Assembly: GCF_902713615.1 (NCBI RefSeq) | Contig: NW_024055852.1 | Location: forward strand, 1-64,000 | Reading direction: 5' to 3' | From: Scyliorhinus canicula | Taxonomy: Eukaryota | Length of the DNA: 64,000 nt | Part shown: positions 1 through 12,038 of the stretch, piece by piece | Layout: each line of letters begins with the position of its first letter | How positions within the stretch are numbered: the stretch's first letter is position 1 | The notes under the pieces: model-generated | What the model was told of the DNA's origin: nothing | What the model saw: the letters and a program-made list of their open reading frames with translations, nothing else | The model's database searches: none | Position numbers and translations under genes: made by a program

Positions 1-264
1 ACCGGTGTTTGGAAAGAGCAGCCTACTTAAGCTTAAGCCCTCACCTTCACCCTGGCCCCGTAACCCAATAACCCCAACTAACCTTTGGACATTTAGGGGC
101 AATTTAGCATGGCCAATCCACCTAACCTGCACATCTTTAGACTGTGGGAGGAAACCCACGCAGACACGGGGAGAAAATGCAAACTCCACACAGATTCACC
201 CAAGGCCAGAATCGAACACGGGTCCCTGGCGATGAGAGGAATCAGTGCTAACCACCATGCCACC
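1..264 (-). mobile_element. tRNA-derived SINE (HE1/V-SINE-like, family A), cut by window start
   Basis: Reverse complement has the tRNA-like head (ggttagcactg...gttcgattc) and the body gggtttcctccc...ggattggccatgctaaattgcccc shared with many other copies in the window. Confidence 0.85.
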
Positions 265-678
265 AGAAGCCTAGCTTCCGTTTTGCTTTTGTGGTATCAA
301 TATTACTGTTTATGAAGTTCAAGATTGAATTTGCTTTGTCTACTATTCTCTTAATCTGTCTTGTAGTTATACAAAATTCCTCTTCACCTCTTTCTCCTCC
401 CAAAGAGGCCAGTTGGGTTTTTCTGACAATCCAGCCGTTTTCATGGTCACTTTTTCCCAGTGCCGGCCCCACAAATGATCAGATTCATTCAGCTCAATTT
501 CACAACCTGCCTTTGTGTTTTTGCGGGTTTTCGCTCACTGCCTATTTTCTGTTTTCAATCAATTTCACAGGGTGTTTGAAGGGGAGGCTTCAAAGTCCGG
601 AAACTCAAACCAAGCATCACATCAGGATCTGACAGAGTCCTCAATTTATCATATCCTGAATATCAGCAGATTTTGAAC

Positions 679-1554
679 ATGGAAGGAAAAAGCATCGTTC
701 ACAGTGGAGAGGAACCGTACATGTGTTGTGTGTGTGGACGAGGATTCAGTCAATCATCAGGCCTCACAAGCCACAAATGCACTTACACTGAGGAGAAACC
801 GTGGAAATGTGCGGACTGTGGGAAAGGATTCACTTGCCCATCCAAGCTGGAAATTCATCGACGCAGTCACACCGGAGAGAGACCATTCATCTGTTCCAAG
901 TGTGGGAAGGGATTCACTCAGTCATCCGACCTGCAGAAACACCAGCGAATTCACACTGGGGAGAGACCCTTCACTTGCTCCAAGTGTGGGAAGGGATTCA
1001 CTCGATCATGGCACCTGCTGAGACACTGGATGCAAGTTCACACTGACGAGAGAACGTTCAGGTGCTCTCACTGTGGGAAGGGATTCACTGAGTCATCCAA
1101 GCTGCGGGAGCACCAGCGACTTCACAGTGGGGAGAGACCATTCACCTGCTCCAAATGTGGGAAGAGATTCACTCAGTCATCCAACCTGCGGGAGCACCAG
1201 CGAGTTCATACTGGGGAGAGACTATTCACCTGCTCCAAATGTGGGAAGAGATTCACTCGGTCATCTGCCCTGCAGAGACACGAGCGAGTTCATACTGGGG
1301 AGAGACCATTCACCTGCTCCAAATGTGGGAAGGGATTCACTCGGTCATCCACCCTGCGGGACCACCAGCAAATTCACACTCGGGAGAGACCATTCACCTG
1401 CTCCAAATGTGGGAAGAGATTCACTCGGTCATCTTCCCTGCAGAGACACGAGCGAGTTCATACTGGGGAGAGACCATTCACCTGCTCCAAATGTGGGAAG
1501 GGATTCACTCAGTCATCTGACCTGCAGAGGCACCAGCGAGTTCATACTGGGTAG
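679..1554 (+). CDS. C2H2 zinc-finger protein (tandem fingers, TGERP linkers, no KRAB seen); terminal exon probably starts at 571
   Basis: ATG at 679. One degenerate plus nine intact CxxC..H...H fingers. TAG at 1552-1554 replaces a linker GAG, and an 11th finger follows in frame to TAA at 1633-1635. Splice acceptor tttcacag ends at 570. Confidence 0.9.
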   Translation: MEGKSIVHSGEEPYMCCVCGRGFSQSSGLTSHKCTYTEEKPWKCADCGKGFTCPSKLEIHRRSHTGERPFICSKCGKGFTQSSDLQKHQRIHTGERPFTCSKCGKGFTRSWHLLRHWMQVHTDERTFRCSHCGKGFTESSKLREHQRLHSGERPFTCSKCGKRFTQSSNLREHQRVHTGERLFTCSKCGKRFTRSSALQRHERVHTGERPFTCSKCGKGFTRSSTLRDHQQIHTRERPFTCSKCGKRFTRSSSLQRHERVHTGERPFTCSKCGKGFTQSSDLQRHQRVHTG

Positions 1555-2000
1555 AGACCATTCATCTGTTCAGAGTGTGGGAAAGAATTCAGTGATTCAT
1601 CCCAAATGCTGAGACACCAACGAGGCCACAAGTAACTACAGTGATTGGATTTTGCTGTTACTCACACTCAGGACTGAACCATATTCATTTGTGTCTCTTT
1701 CTGCTGATAACAAACTCCAGCCCATTTACAGGGGCTAATAATCTGACTGAAAGTCAAATTAATTAGATTTGTGTTAAATACGCAGTGTGTTGAAACTTTT
1801 TAATATCTCTGACACAAGTTATTTCCTTTTGAAGTTCTCTCACTCTCTCCTGTCTCTTCCATCCTCACCTCCAACAAGAAGTGTGAGGAGCTTGTGGAGC
1901 TTCTTTGTGACTGAGATTGAGTAAATCCGATCAGCTGCCTCTGCTGCTTCCCTCCCTTCCACGAGCCCACTGGACCAAACTGTCTAAATTTCATCCTTTT

Positions 2001-4100
2001 GACTTCTGGTGGCGGCCATGGAGTAGGAGGTCGGGCATTTGGGAGCTCCCACTCGTGACGGACCTTTTGAACCTTTTCTCCCGATTTTGTTTTTTCCAGA
2101 ATTTTATTAGAAACATCGGTGGAGAGTGAGACAGTGAGGAGAAATCCCCCACCAGTATGTGGAGCCGTCGACCAGAAATGGTCGTCCAAAAAGAATTAGT
2201 TGAGCAGCGAAGCTGACTGTAGAACCTGCAGCGCGGGAAAGCATGGCAGAGGCGCAGGATCCCGGTTTGGTGGCACAGTGGTTAATGTTACTGCGGGTGG
2301 AGTTCATTCAGGAGCTTCGCCAAGCAAATGAAGGCAACCTAATTAAGGCAAGGATTGATTGGGTGGAACAGGGGCTGGAAGCCCATGGACCGGCGATCCA
2401 GAAGGTGGCCAAGCACGAGGACCATTTAACCACGTTGGAGGCAGAGGTGGGGCTGATGAGGGACCACCAGAAAAAGTTGCATGAGGACCTGGAGAACAGG
2501 TCCCAGAGACAGAACCTGAGGATTGTCGGCCTCCTGGAGGAGCAGTGAAGGGTCGGGCGCAAGGGCATGTGTGACAAATATGCTGGAAAAGCTGATGGGC
2601 GATGGGGCGTTTTCTCGACCCTTGGAAGTGGACAGGGCGCATCGAGCGCTTGCGAGGCAGACACGAGCGATATGAACCCCCGACGGTGATCCGGGTGCGA
2701 ATGCACCGGTTCCTGGGTGAGGAGCGGATTTTGCGGTGGGAAAAGCAGACACGGAGCTGCAAGTGGGAGAACTGTGAGCTGCGCATCTACCAAGACCTGG
2801 GCGTGAAACTGGCCAAAAGACGAGCTGGACTCAATAGGGTAAAATAGGCCCTCTTCAAGCAGGGGGTGAAGTTTGGGTTGTTATACCCAATGCGTCTGTG
2901 GGTCACGTTTGAGGGCCAAGAACTTTACCTTGAATCGCCGGACGAAGCGATGGACTTTATCTAAGACCAAAGGCTGGCTGGGGTGTGAGGACATTGAACC
3001 TTGGGGGAGGGTATTGCGGCCTCGATTCTGTTAACGTTTTCTTAGTTTTGATCTGTATATGCAGTGCTCTCTGTAACAGTTTTCTAGACTGTTACTCAGA
3101 TTTGTAAGTTAACTTTATTTCAGTAGGTAGATGATGGAGGGATTTTTTCTACTGTGTGTTGATTGGGGACTGATGTTTTGAATCTGTATGTTGGGGGGGG
3201 GGGAGAAGAGAGAACAATAGGGGAGAGGATGTCTGGCGCCATGGGCGGGGGTTACCAGGCTAGTTAGGTGGGCTAGCTCGTGGAAGTGCAGTGGGGGGTG
3301 AGCAGGTTGTGTTAAGGGGGGGTTGGGATTCTGGTGCTGCTAATAGTGGGGCGGAGGGGGAAGAGGGAGCTGCTCTGCTGACAGAGAGATTTGCTGGGAG
3401 AGAAAGGGGAGGTTGAGGACAGTGGATGCCCGAGGGCGGCCCCATGGAGACGAGGGGCACGAGCTGGAGGCTGGCCAAAGAAGGATGATCGGTGGGGGAG
3501 GGGGGAAACAGGCAGGCAGCCTCCTGACTAGGCTGACCACATGGAACGTGAGAGCTGAATGGGCCGGTTAAGAGGGCTCGCGTGTTCGCACATTTGAGGG
3601 GATTGAAGGAGGACGTAGCAATGATACACCTGAGGGTAATAGATCAAACCAGATTGAACAAGGGATGGAGCGGCCAAGCATTTCATTCGGGGCTGGACGT
3701 AAGACTGGGGGAGGGGGGTCACGATCCTGATCAACAAACGGGCGGTATTTGAGGCAGGGAGAATAGTGGTGGACGTGGGGGGCAGGTACATCATGGTGAA
3801 TGGGAAGCTTGAGGGGTTGCTGGCGGTACTTGTGAATATACATGCACCAAACTGGGACGATGTGGAATTCATGAGGGTGTTGGATAAGATCCCGGACCTA
3901 GAGTTGCATAAGCTGATCATGTGGGGTGGGGAGAGGCTGCAGTATGGTCTTGATCCAAGGTTGGACCGGTCGAGGTCAAGGACAGGGAGGGTGCCAGTAG
4001 TAGTGGAGGAACTAAAGTGGTTCATGGAGCAAATGAGGGGGGTGGGAGGAGGTAGACCCATGGATGTTCGGACCGCCAAGAGTGAAGGACTTTTTTATTC
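2001..4100 (+). mobile_element. LINE-1-clade element, 5' part (5'UTR, ORF1, APE endonuclease start of ORF2), degenerate and 3'-truncated
   Basis: ORF1 motifs LENRSQRQNLRIVGL, LEVDRAHR, LRIYQDL. ORF2 motifs TWNV, LVNIHAPN, IMWGG. Frameshifts and stops present. Confidence 0.85.
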
Positions 4101-4157
4101 TGAGCTGGGCTGTCGGGTCTAGTTGATGCTGAATATTCACCAATTGCTGTGTCGGAC

Positions 4158-4689
4158 TGACAATCCTGATTCTTTTACTGTCAGTCTGGTCTCAATAAAA
4201 TTTGAGACGGATTTGCAGGTATCAATTATTGTGTATTTTAACCAGCTAGCTGGGTGACTCAATCTACTGGGAGAGCAGAACACGACCACTGTCTCCTGAA
4301 TCTTCAACAGCCAGAGTGAACAACGGGGCAAAACATTTCTGTACAGATGCATTCAAGTTGCATCAAATTTCACATACATACGACCAAATAAGGCAACAGT
4401 AATGAATGCAAAATTCCCACAGGCTATCCCGATATACTTCTTGACCTGGCCATATATCCTGATTGGCTCATTTCACATTCCTCAGCCCTGGGTTCACTTC
4501 ACATTCTTCAGCCCTTTGGGGGGGGGGGGGGGGGGGCTTTCGCTCAGCATTCTCGTCCTAGCAATTACCCATCGCCCCTTCCTGACCCTGCTTCGCTCCG
4601 TTCCTTTGTTCCGGCTCCTATACCCGGGTATCCCCATTATCCTAACTAATTATCCCATTTTGTATCACATTCGATTGTTCAATTCCTCA
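4158..4689 (-). repeat. ERV 3' LTR
   Basis: Direct repeat of 12039-12588. Abutted by ttccctcctttt, which reads aaaaggagggaa (PPT) on the minus strand. Confidence 0.9.
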
Positions 4690-4789
4690 TTCCCTCCTTT
4701 TATCATTTCATGATAACCTATTGGTCCAATCCCTAGCTGTGCTCAGGATTCCCCTCTCGCAGGATTCTGCTGAGAGCACCCGCACGCAG

Positions 4790-5472
4790 AGGGGCAGGGG
4801 ACTGTAGTAGGGACTAGAGTCCTGATAGCGATTTGGCGGGGAAATGGAGGTGACAAAACATTGGTCGCTGTGCCATTAAAAGGGAAGTAGTATCCTTGAT
4901 GCGTATACCGGCTAGCATCACAATCAGTATATCGGTTGAGCAGGGATCCCCCAGTAGCCCAGTTTATCCAACTTTGGAATGCCCATTTGGGCTTCCTAGC
5001 AATGCGGAAAGCTCAATTCCCGTACGACCGGGAGTCTCTATTGGGAGTGAAGTGGCTGGGTATATTCGCCCTCCACTGTTGAAACTTATACTGTGAATGG
5101 GAGTTATCCCAAGGAAGGGGAAGGCAAATAGCTGGTGGGGCCGAACCCTGATCGTAAGGAAGAGTAACTTGCTCGGGCGGTGGCTCGGAACGCTGACAGT
5201 GAACCACTGTTTTGGGGAGTTCCCCAAAGCAGTGAGACGGAAAATAACTTAGACACCGATGCGGGGTTTGGGTAGCAGACAACCCGTCCCTGGCCATACA
5301 TGCGGTGGTAGATTTGGTAGAAGAGATTCATGATGCCCAGGTTCCCTTCGTTCTGGGTCCTAAGTGAAGTAAATATATCTCCTGATAACCTACGTTCCCG
5401 ACATGCCCCCCTTCTCACCATCTCCGTCCTCTCGCTTTTCCTCCCCTCTCCCCGACAACCTTTTCCTCCTCT

Positions 5473-5508
<36 letters not shown>

Positions 5509-5600
5509 CACGGTCTGATTTTACCTTTTTGGCACCAGTCTTATCACATCCAAAATCAAATTTACAATTACTCCAAAAACAAGGCACTATCCATGCAATG
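4790..5600 (-). pseudogene. env: Class-I (gamma/epsilon-like) env SU remnant, TM portion missing
   Basis: Fragments TVVHCQRSEPPPEQVTLPYDQGSAPPAICLPLPW and YTHQGYYFPFNGTATNVLSPPFPRQIAIRTLVPTTVPCPS lie between the integrase and the PPT. Confidence 0.55.
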
Positions 5601-5859
5601 TTCCCTTCCCCTCGCCGGGACTGATATAATTGTTTGTTGTCCATTAACTTGATAACCTTCCATGAGTCTACACTATACCCTCGTACATGGGGGCAGCAGA
5701 GAACGTCACCTCTACAGAAGTGAAATGTCCTTGTAGTTTGGTCGGGATTACAGGTATAAGATGGTGTTCAAAGTGAGGCGAAGCCGAGGACAGCACAGGC
5801 GGCCCGCATCCAACCCGTCATGCTCCACACCTCTAAAACAGCACTGGGGAAAGGAGGCA

Positions 5860-6489
5860 GGTTAGTGACTGACCATTTTGCAGTGGTGGAGGTGGACCCA
5901 AGCACTCCACCCCTCCACTTGAACTGCAGTGAGGGTAGTAAGGATAACTTGGAAGGGCTCCTTTCACTGTGGCTCCAACCCTTTCCGAGTCCAGTTCTTA
6001 ACCATGACATAACTACCAGGCTGCACTGATTTTTCATTTTTCAAGCGAGCTATGTAATGGGGACGGTGACTGGTGAGCTGCTCGAACCTGGCCATGGAGT
6101 TCCTTGACGGCTGGAACATGGTTAGTCCTTTCTTCAGTCATATGGTGAAACTGCACCAGTCTGGGAACAGGCAGGTTCCAGGGGGTTCTAATGGGCCTGC
6201 CATAAAAGATCTCGGCAGGAGAGAGTCGGGCCGCAGGTGTGACCCACAGCTGGAAGAGGGCCACAGGTAGCACCTTAACCCACGTTAACCCTGTGTCCGC
6301 TCGTAATTTTGCCAATTTGGTTTTGAGGGTCTGACTGTGTCTCTCAACCAAGCCTGGCGTCTGTGGCCAGTGCGCACAGTCTAACTGCTGGCGTATGTCC
6401 AACTGGGAGCAAAATTCCTTGTTAATCTGTCCAATAAAATGAGGCCCGTTATCAGAACTTAACTGAGCCGGTATTCCGTACATAAACAC
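5860..6489 (-). pseudogene. pol: Retroviral integrase core/C-terminal half, class-I-like
   Basis: YGIPAQLSSDNGPHF (second catalytic D), GLVERHSQTLK (catalytic E), SPAEIFYGRP, and a C-terminal V-EGRSAWVHLHHCK-type motif. Confidence 0.85.
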
Positions 6490-6562
6490 CTCATCACATT
6501 TTTACAGCCACCGGCTCTCCCTCCAGCTTCCGTCTGGTGTGATGGTCACCAGTAATGGGATG

Positions 6563-6706
6563 TCATCTTGGTGCGTGGTGATGGGCTGAGACTATCGGCA
6601 TCATCAGAGTCATAACCAGCTTACAACACATATTAAGGCATCCAATGATTATGCAGTATACAATTATAATAACAAGTATCAATCCATGCATCAGGTAAAA
6701 CCCCAT
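6563..6706 (-). pseudogene. env-like transmembrane anchor and cytoplasmic tail fragment
   Basis: Translates MGFYLMHGLILVIIIVYCIIIGCLNMCCKLVMTLMMPIVSAHHHAPR*: a hydrophobic span followed by CC, at the end of about 2 kb of degenerate Cys-containing coding sequence. Confidence 0.45.
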
Positions 6707-8640
6707 GACCGAGCTATGTAAGCTAACTCTGAGCTGAATCCTGCTGTAGGGTTTATATCCCTTTTATAGTTGTACTGTCTAGCAACTATCCCGCACCCTT
6801 GTCATTCATATGTACATTTCATGATTTGTAAACTGTGCACGGAAATCAATGGTAAATGCATCCATCTCGCAGACCAGTGTCGATAGACCCTTTGTATTGT
6901 TCTTTCCTCAAGTCCAATCATCGTGAACCATAGCTGTCACCGCTCAGGAAGGTAACACAATAGCTATGTCCGCGTGTTCCACTACCTCCAAGGCATCTGA
7001 CTACCTTGCGGTAGCAGCACCGTAGAAGCTTCCTCATGTCCCTCAGAAACAGCACACAACTCAGTCCATCAGCGACCAACGGGTCTTTTATCCCTCACTT
7101 TTTTTTTAGGAAGTGCTTTCCGTTTCTCAATGGAATGACAAATTATGATATGTATTCTCCACTGATTACCTTGCTTTATTAATTGCAGGAGCTTCAACCG
7201 ATCCTGTTTCTATTCCTAACTTCCTTACACTAACGTCAAACATTGTACTGAACCATGTAGTCTGCCAGCCCTGGCTTACTTGAGACAATAGCTCAGTTTT
7301 CTTCAAACCCCTTTCATCCGTTATCATTTTTCTTACAGCATGAAGTGTATACTTGCCATTATTTGTTTGTTTGTTTGTCTTTTTTTTTACTTTGCAATGA
7401 CACTACTCGCACATTTAATGCAGTTAACTTTTGGGGTTACAACCCAATTAAATCCATACATAACAGTCCCTAACAACTTACAGGACATTTCGTCTGTTAT
7501 ACTCTCCAATGCTATATTGGTTGCTGCATTGGTTACAAATTTCCCCTCGTGGCATCAAGTTGCCAAGCTTCTTAAACTATTGTCATTTAAAATACGGGGG
7601 TTCCTCGTCAGTCGCTGCTGTCTGCCGAGACCCTTATTAACTCCATCGCATAAGACTCGCCTCATGGAGACCACAGATCATCCATCAGCTAACGTCCAGT
7701 TTGAGATCTCTGACCGGACGTTTCACTTATTCGGTAATTTGATATTTTGATTTGTTTCTAACCCGTAAGGTTTTTCTTCCGGGCTCTATCATTTAATTCC
7801 CTCAAATATGTCACCAATTATATCGTTAGTTTTCCCCCACATACTGTCTGAAATATTCTTCTCCGGCGTGTTGTTCAGGTTCTTCATCTGTATTATTGTT
7901 GCTTCATCTGAAACCCAAATGAACAGGTCAAAGATGGAGAGGGCCCTGTTTCTTGATTTGTATCTTCCTATCCTTGCTTGGATGGTCCAGAAGTACCCTC
8001 TCCAGGACTTCCGGATTTCCATTGCCACCATTCCTCTTTTTCTAATTCAGTGATTCAATCAGGTTGAAACTTTCCCTGATACTTTTCGGATATTGCTACT
8101 GCATCTACTTCAATGTTTTTAATTCTGATTGTGACAGGATTTTGTTTGAAAGCTAACTTCCGAACATGAAATTTTCACTCTTATCATCTGTCCTTTTTCC
8201 CTTGTCTGAGCGGTTGGGGGATATGATCTATCCTGTGGCACGGCATCATTGCAGTGATACAGTCTCTAACACTGTTAGGCTAATTTTATGTCCCCAGGTC
8301 ATCCCAACAGCATAAACTACGTACTCCCTCACTAATCGATACCACAAGTTTGTCACTTGTCCACAAGCTTGCACACTCTTTTCCAATCACTTGTCGCCAG
8401 CTAGGTTTTCTCCGCAGTAATTACAATTTGTCATTAGCACACCATCCCATGGTCAAAATCTATCTTGTGGCTACAAACTTCAATCATCAGTGATGCCTGA
8501 TGTTTCACAAAACAATCATGACTAACTGAATTCCCCAAGTTTCCCTGGGAGCCGAAGCATTTCCCCATTTCTGTCGTTCTAAATGCAATATCAAATCGTC
8601 TGACTACGCTGTATCTGTCATTCGCCTAGGTTTCATATAT

Positions 8641-8936
8641 TTAGAATTTACAGTGCAGAAGGAGGCCATTCGGCCCATCGAGTCTGCACCGGCTCCTGGA
8701 AAGAGCAACCCCACCCAACACTAAGGGCAATTTTGGACACAAAGGGCAATTTATCATGGCCAATCCACCTAACCTGCACATCTTTGGACTGTGGGAGGAA
8801 ACCGGAGTACCCGGAGGAAACCCACGCACACAGGGAGGATGTGCAGACTCCGCACAGACAGTGACCCAACCGGAATCGAATCTGGGACCTTGGAGCTGTG
8901 AAGCGATTGTGCTATCCACAATGCTACCGTGCTGCC
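8641..8936 (-). mobile_element. SINE family A inserted inside the ERV
   Basis: Full head-to-tail copy, near-identical to 14691-15013 and 47722-48066. Confidence 0.9.
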
Positions 8937-8989
8937 ATATGATTACTCCTTGACCAAACTACTGGGCTACAGGTCGTGCCACACCTTTG

Positions 8990-10700
8990 ACACGATGTTT
9001 CATTATGTTCACAATGAATCATTTTAAACTGGGGACCAATTCTCTAATTCAACTTCCCCCGTGCTTCTATCAGCTGTGATTTAAAAAGTACAAATTACTT
9101 TTGCTGCTCCTAGGAAAAAGAGGGCCTGCATACTCTCATGACCATTCCTCCATCGGTGTTTCTGTTTCTATGCTACTCCCTGTTTTGCCACCATTTTCTT
9201 TCCTGAAATGTTTAAAATGGATGCCCATCTAGCTTGTTTTCGTCCTCAACTTTACTACCATCTGTATGTACCAACTCTGTTTTGCTAACTGATTTATCAA
9301 GTTTCTGTCCCTTTGTAATGTTATGAATAAACATTAAGGCAGGGTGTGAAAGAATGGTTTCCCATCTTTCCCATCGAGCTATATTTGCGCCTTGCTGGCA
9401 ACCCTGTCTCTTGGTTAACTCTTGTCAATTCTAAAATTCAGTTTTAACCCACTGCTATCCTTTTTTGTTATGGCTGCCAGACATTTTGCGATGTCCGAAA
9501 ACTTTTATCCAGCTCTTGCCCAATTTCCTATCAAATTTTGATAGGTGTCTGAGTACTATGATTAGCAAGCATGGTACCCTATCCATTTGCTTACAGATCA
9601 AATTTAATGCTCAAATCGTCCCTTCATGTCTCTCCTCTAATGGCCTGGATGTTGCTACAACTGTTTTTAACTAGTCCAAACTGTGCTTCACTGGTCCAAC
9701 TAAAATCCCTTTTCCAAAGTTTCATAAATGGGTCTAGCATAAAGACTAAAGTCTTCCACTACTGGTCTCAAATACCCCAAATTTCTCATGATTTGCTGAA
9801 CCCCACTTCATGAAATGGGCGCTGTGATTCTAGAAACTTTCTCTCTCATCCCTACCTGCCTTTGACACTGATGCTCCTGCCAATCTGACATTTCTTTACC
9901 CCTATTTTAAATCCTACTTCACTAAGTGTTTTAATAATTTTGGTCACTCTTTCAACATGTGTCCCCTGATCATCATCTCCAATTAACACATCATCAATAT
10001 ATACTAAAGCGAAGTCATCTTTAATCAGCTCCCTTACTATTTCCTGAAAGTGATTCGGGGAATTAACATACCCCTGTGGCAATTTACAGTATGCACAATG
10101 TTTAGTGTCAAAGGTAAAGGCTGTCTCTTCCCTGTTCTTTACTCAGAGAGTAGTAAGGGCGTGGAATGCCCTGCCTGCAATAGTAGTGGACTCGCCAACA
10201 CTAAATGCATTCAAATGGTCATTGGATAGGCATATGGACGATAAGGGGATAGTGTAGAGGGCCTTTAGAAGGGTTTCACAGGACGGCTCAACATAGAGGG
10301 CCGAAGGGCCTGTACCACGCTGTAATGTTCTATGTTGTCTGGGTCTAATGGAACACTCCAGAAACAGTTGGCTAAATCTATAGTAGTTAAATAAGTTTTG
10401 CCTGCCACCTTTCCAACGTAGTTTGTGAATTTCTTAAATACCGTTTATCCTTTTTTTGTGACCTTCGTTAATGCTTTGTAATCCATTACCATTCTAAATG
10501 TACCATCAGGTTTGCTAACTGTCTGAAGTGGGCTCTTCGTCGATGCATATGTGACTTCTTGAATGATTCCGTGCTGTTCCAAGTCTTTGATTATTATCTC
10601 CAGCTCGCATTTGGCACCTCGGGTCAAGGGGTATTGCTTTTACGGCCTGTGTCGGTTTCCCTGAATTGTGTGCTGGAATTGTGTGCTGATTACCCCTGTG
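8990..10700 (-). pseudogene. pol: Spuma(foamy)-like pol remnant: RT and RNase H
   Basis: HTIQGNRHRP*KQYPL, SPLQTVSKPDGTFRMVMDYKAL, TTIDLANCFWSVPL, PQGYVNSPNHF, VYIDD, and RNase H TDGS. These resemble foamy RT motifs RPQKQYPIN, PKPDGRWRMVLDY, TTLDLANGFW, LPQGFLNSP. Confidence 0.8.
10133..10336 (+). mobile_element. CR1-type LINE 3' end inserted into the ERV RT
   Basis: TQRVVRAWNALP-type end plus gggccgaagggcctg...gttctatgtt tail. It splits RT between PLDPD and REETAFTF. Confidence 0.85.
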
Positions 10701-12018
10701 TCATTCTTTCTTTTGCTAGTTTTACTTTCACTATTTCCTCCAGTTACCAGTCGGTTTTTATATCTTAATTTTTCTTTTTATGCATCTATTTTATTAATCT
10801 TTTCCTGCCATCAGATTCTCATTTCCTGATACTGCAAGTAATATTCCCAATCTAAGCTCCAGTCCCATATCTTTATTCCCTAAAGCTCCATCAGCTTGCA
10901 AGGCAGCGGGCACTAGGACCTGGTGGAGCTGTGCCATATCACTTCCATCACCTCAGACTCATCTAGATCCCTTTGTTCCAGGACTATGCCGAGTTCAAAC
11001 TAATCATTTACAAATCCCAATTCATACATTTTGATTTCGCTTTTTGTTTACTTCCTGAGAATTGTGTCCTAATTAACTCCCACAATGTTAATCATTATTA
11101 CAGATTTTCTAAAGAACTTTCAAATACTAACCCCGTTTTAAATCTCACTTTAACTGCCGTATATTTGCTCCTCCTAATTGATGTGCAACTTCGTTTTAAT
11201 AACAACATTTTAATAACTAGGAATACCAGAGGAAGTTCACAAATTCTTATTAAACAGGCTCATTCAGTTGTTGGAGATCTCCGTTCAAACAAAAGGAATT
11301 CAAAGCATTATACTTCCATTCATCTCAACCAACCGAACAATAAAAGTTTGAATTTGCAGAGAACCCACAATATAATTTTAACAATCCTGAGAGCTCCACT
11401 TTCCGATATAGTTCTAAACTTCTGGTTCCCCCTAGTGGCCATTCATCTCCCAATTCGTTGTTTCACCCATATTCCCAAGAATAAATTTTTAATTTAGCCA
11501 ATTCTAATTGTACGGAATTGAATTGTCTCCAGAACATTCCATCAGCGGTCTTAACTGAATTGTCTCTGTGACATTCCCTCAACCCGTTAAAGACCTTAAC
11601 CGAATTAAAGTGTAATTTAATATAACCAATTTTAGCCAATTCTAATTGTACGGAATTGAATTGTCTCCAGAATATTCCATCAGCGGTCTTAACTGAATTG
11701 TCTCCGTGACATTCCCTCAACCCGCAATCAACCTTTAACTGAACTAACACTATGATATTACCCTCAGTTCTCATCAACCCTCAGTCGTACCTACATCGAC
11801 TGAAATTAATTCTTCTAATCCGCCAGACTGACCTTTGATTTCATCTAGACGATCTTACCTGATCAAATGCGAGTGATTATACTGTAATCAGATTCGAGAG
11901 AGAGGAAAATCGACATGGTCATTTTCCAGCTACTCATATCGTGGGCCCATTTCCTCTTTCCCCGTCCGAGATCAGTCCAATTCTGATTTCGCAGATGAGA
12001 GGGGATTGTCTGGAGAAA

Positions 12019-12036
12019 TCCCGGATTTCAGCACCA
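12019..12036 (-). promoter_or_regulatory. Primer-binding site, tRNA-Phe
   Basis: Minus strand TGGTGCTGAAATCCGGGA, 2 nt from the LTR end; two C>T changes from the tRNA-Phe PBS TGGTGCCGAAACCCGGGA. Confidence 0.8.
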
Positions 12037-12038
12037 AA

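Noticed and set aside
4153-4157. ERV target-site duplication (cggac versus ggtac at 12589-93)
   Set aside because: Two of five bases differ and the left flank does not continue the LINE found on the right, so no TSD can be claimed.
5104-5624. Gly-rich and Pro-rich ORFs
   Set aside because: Produced by long poly-C/G runs (also near 21655, 35935, 47340 and 58350), whose lengths may be sequencing artefacts.
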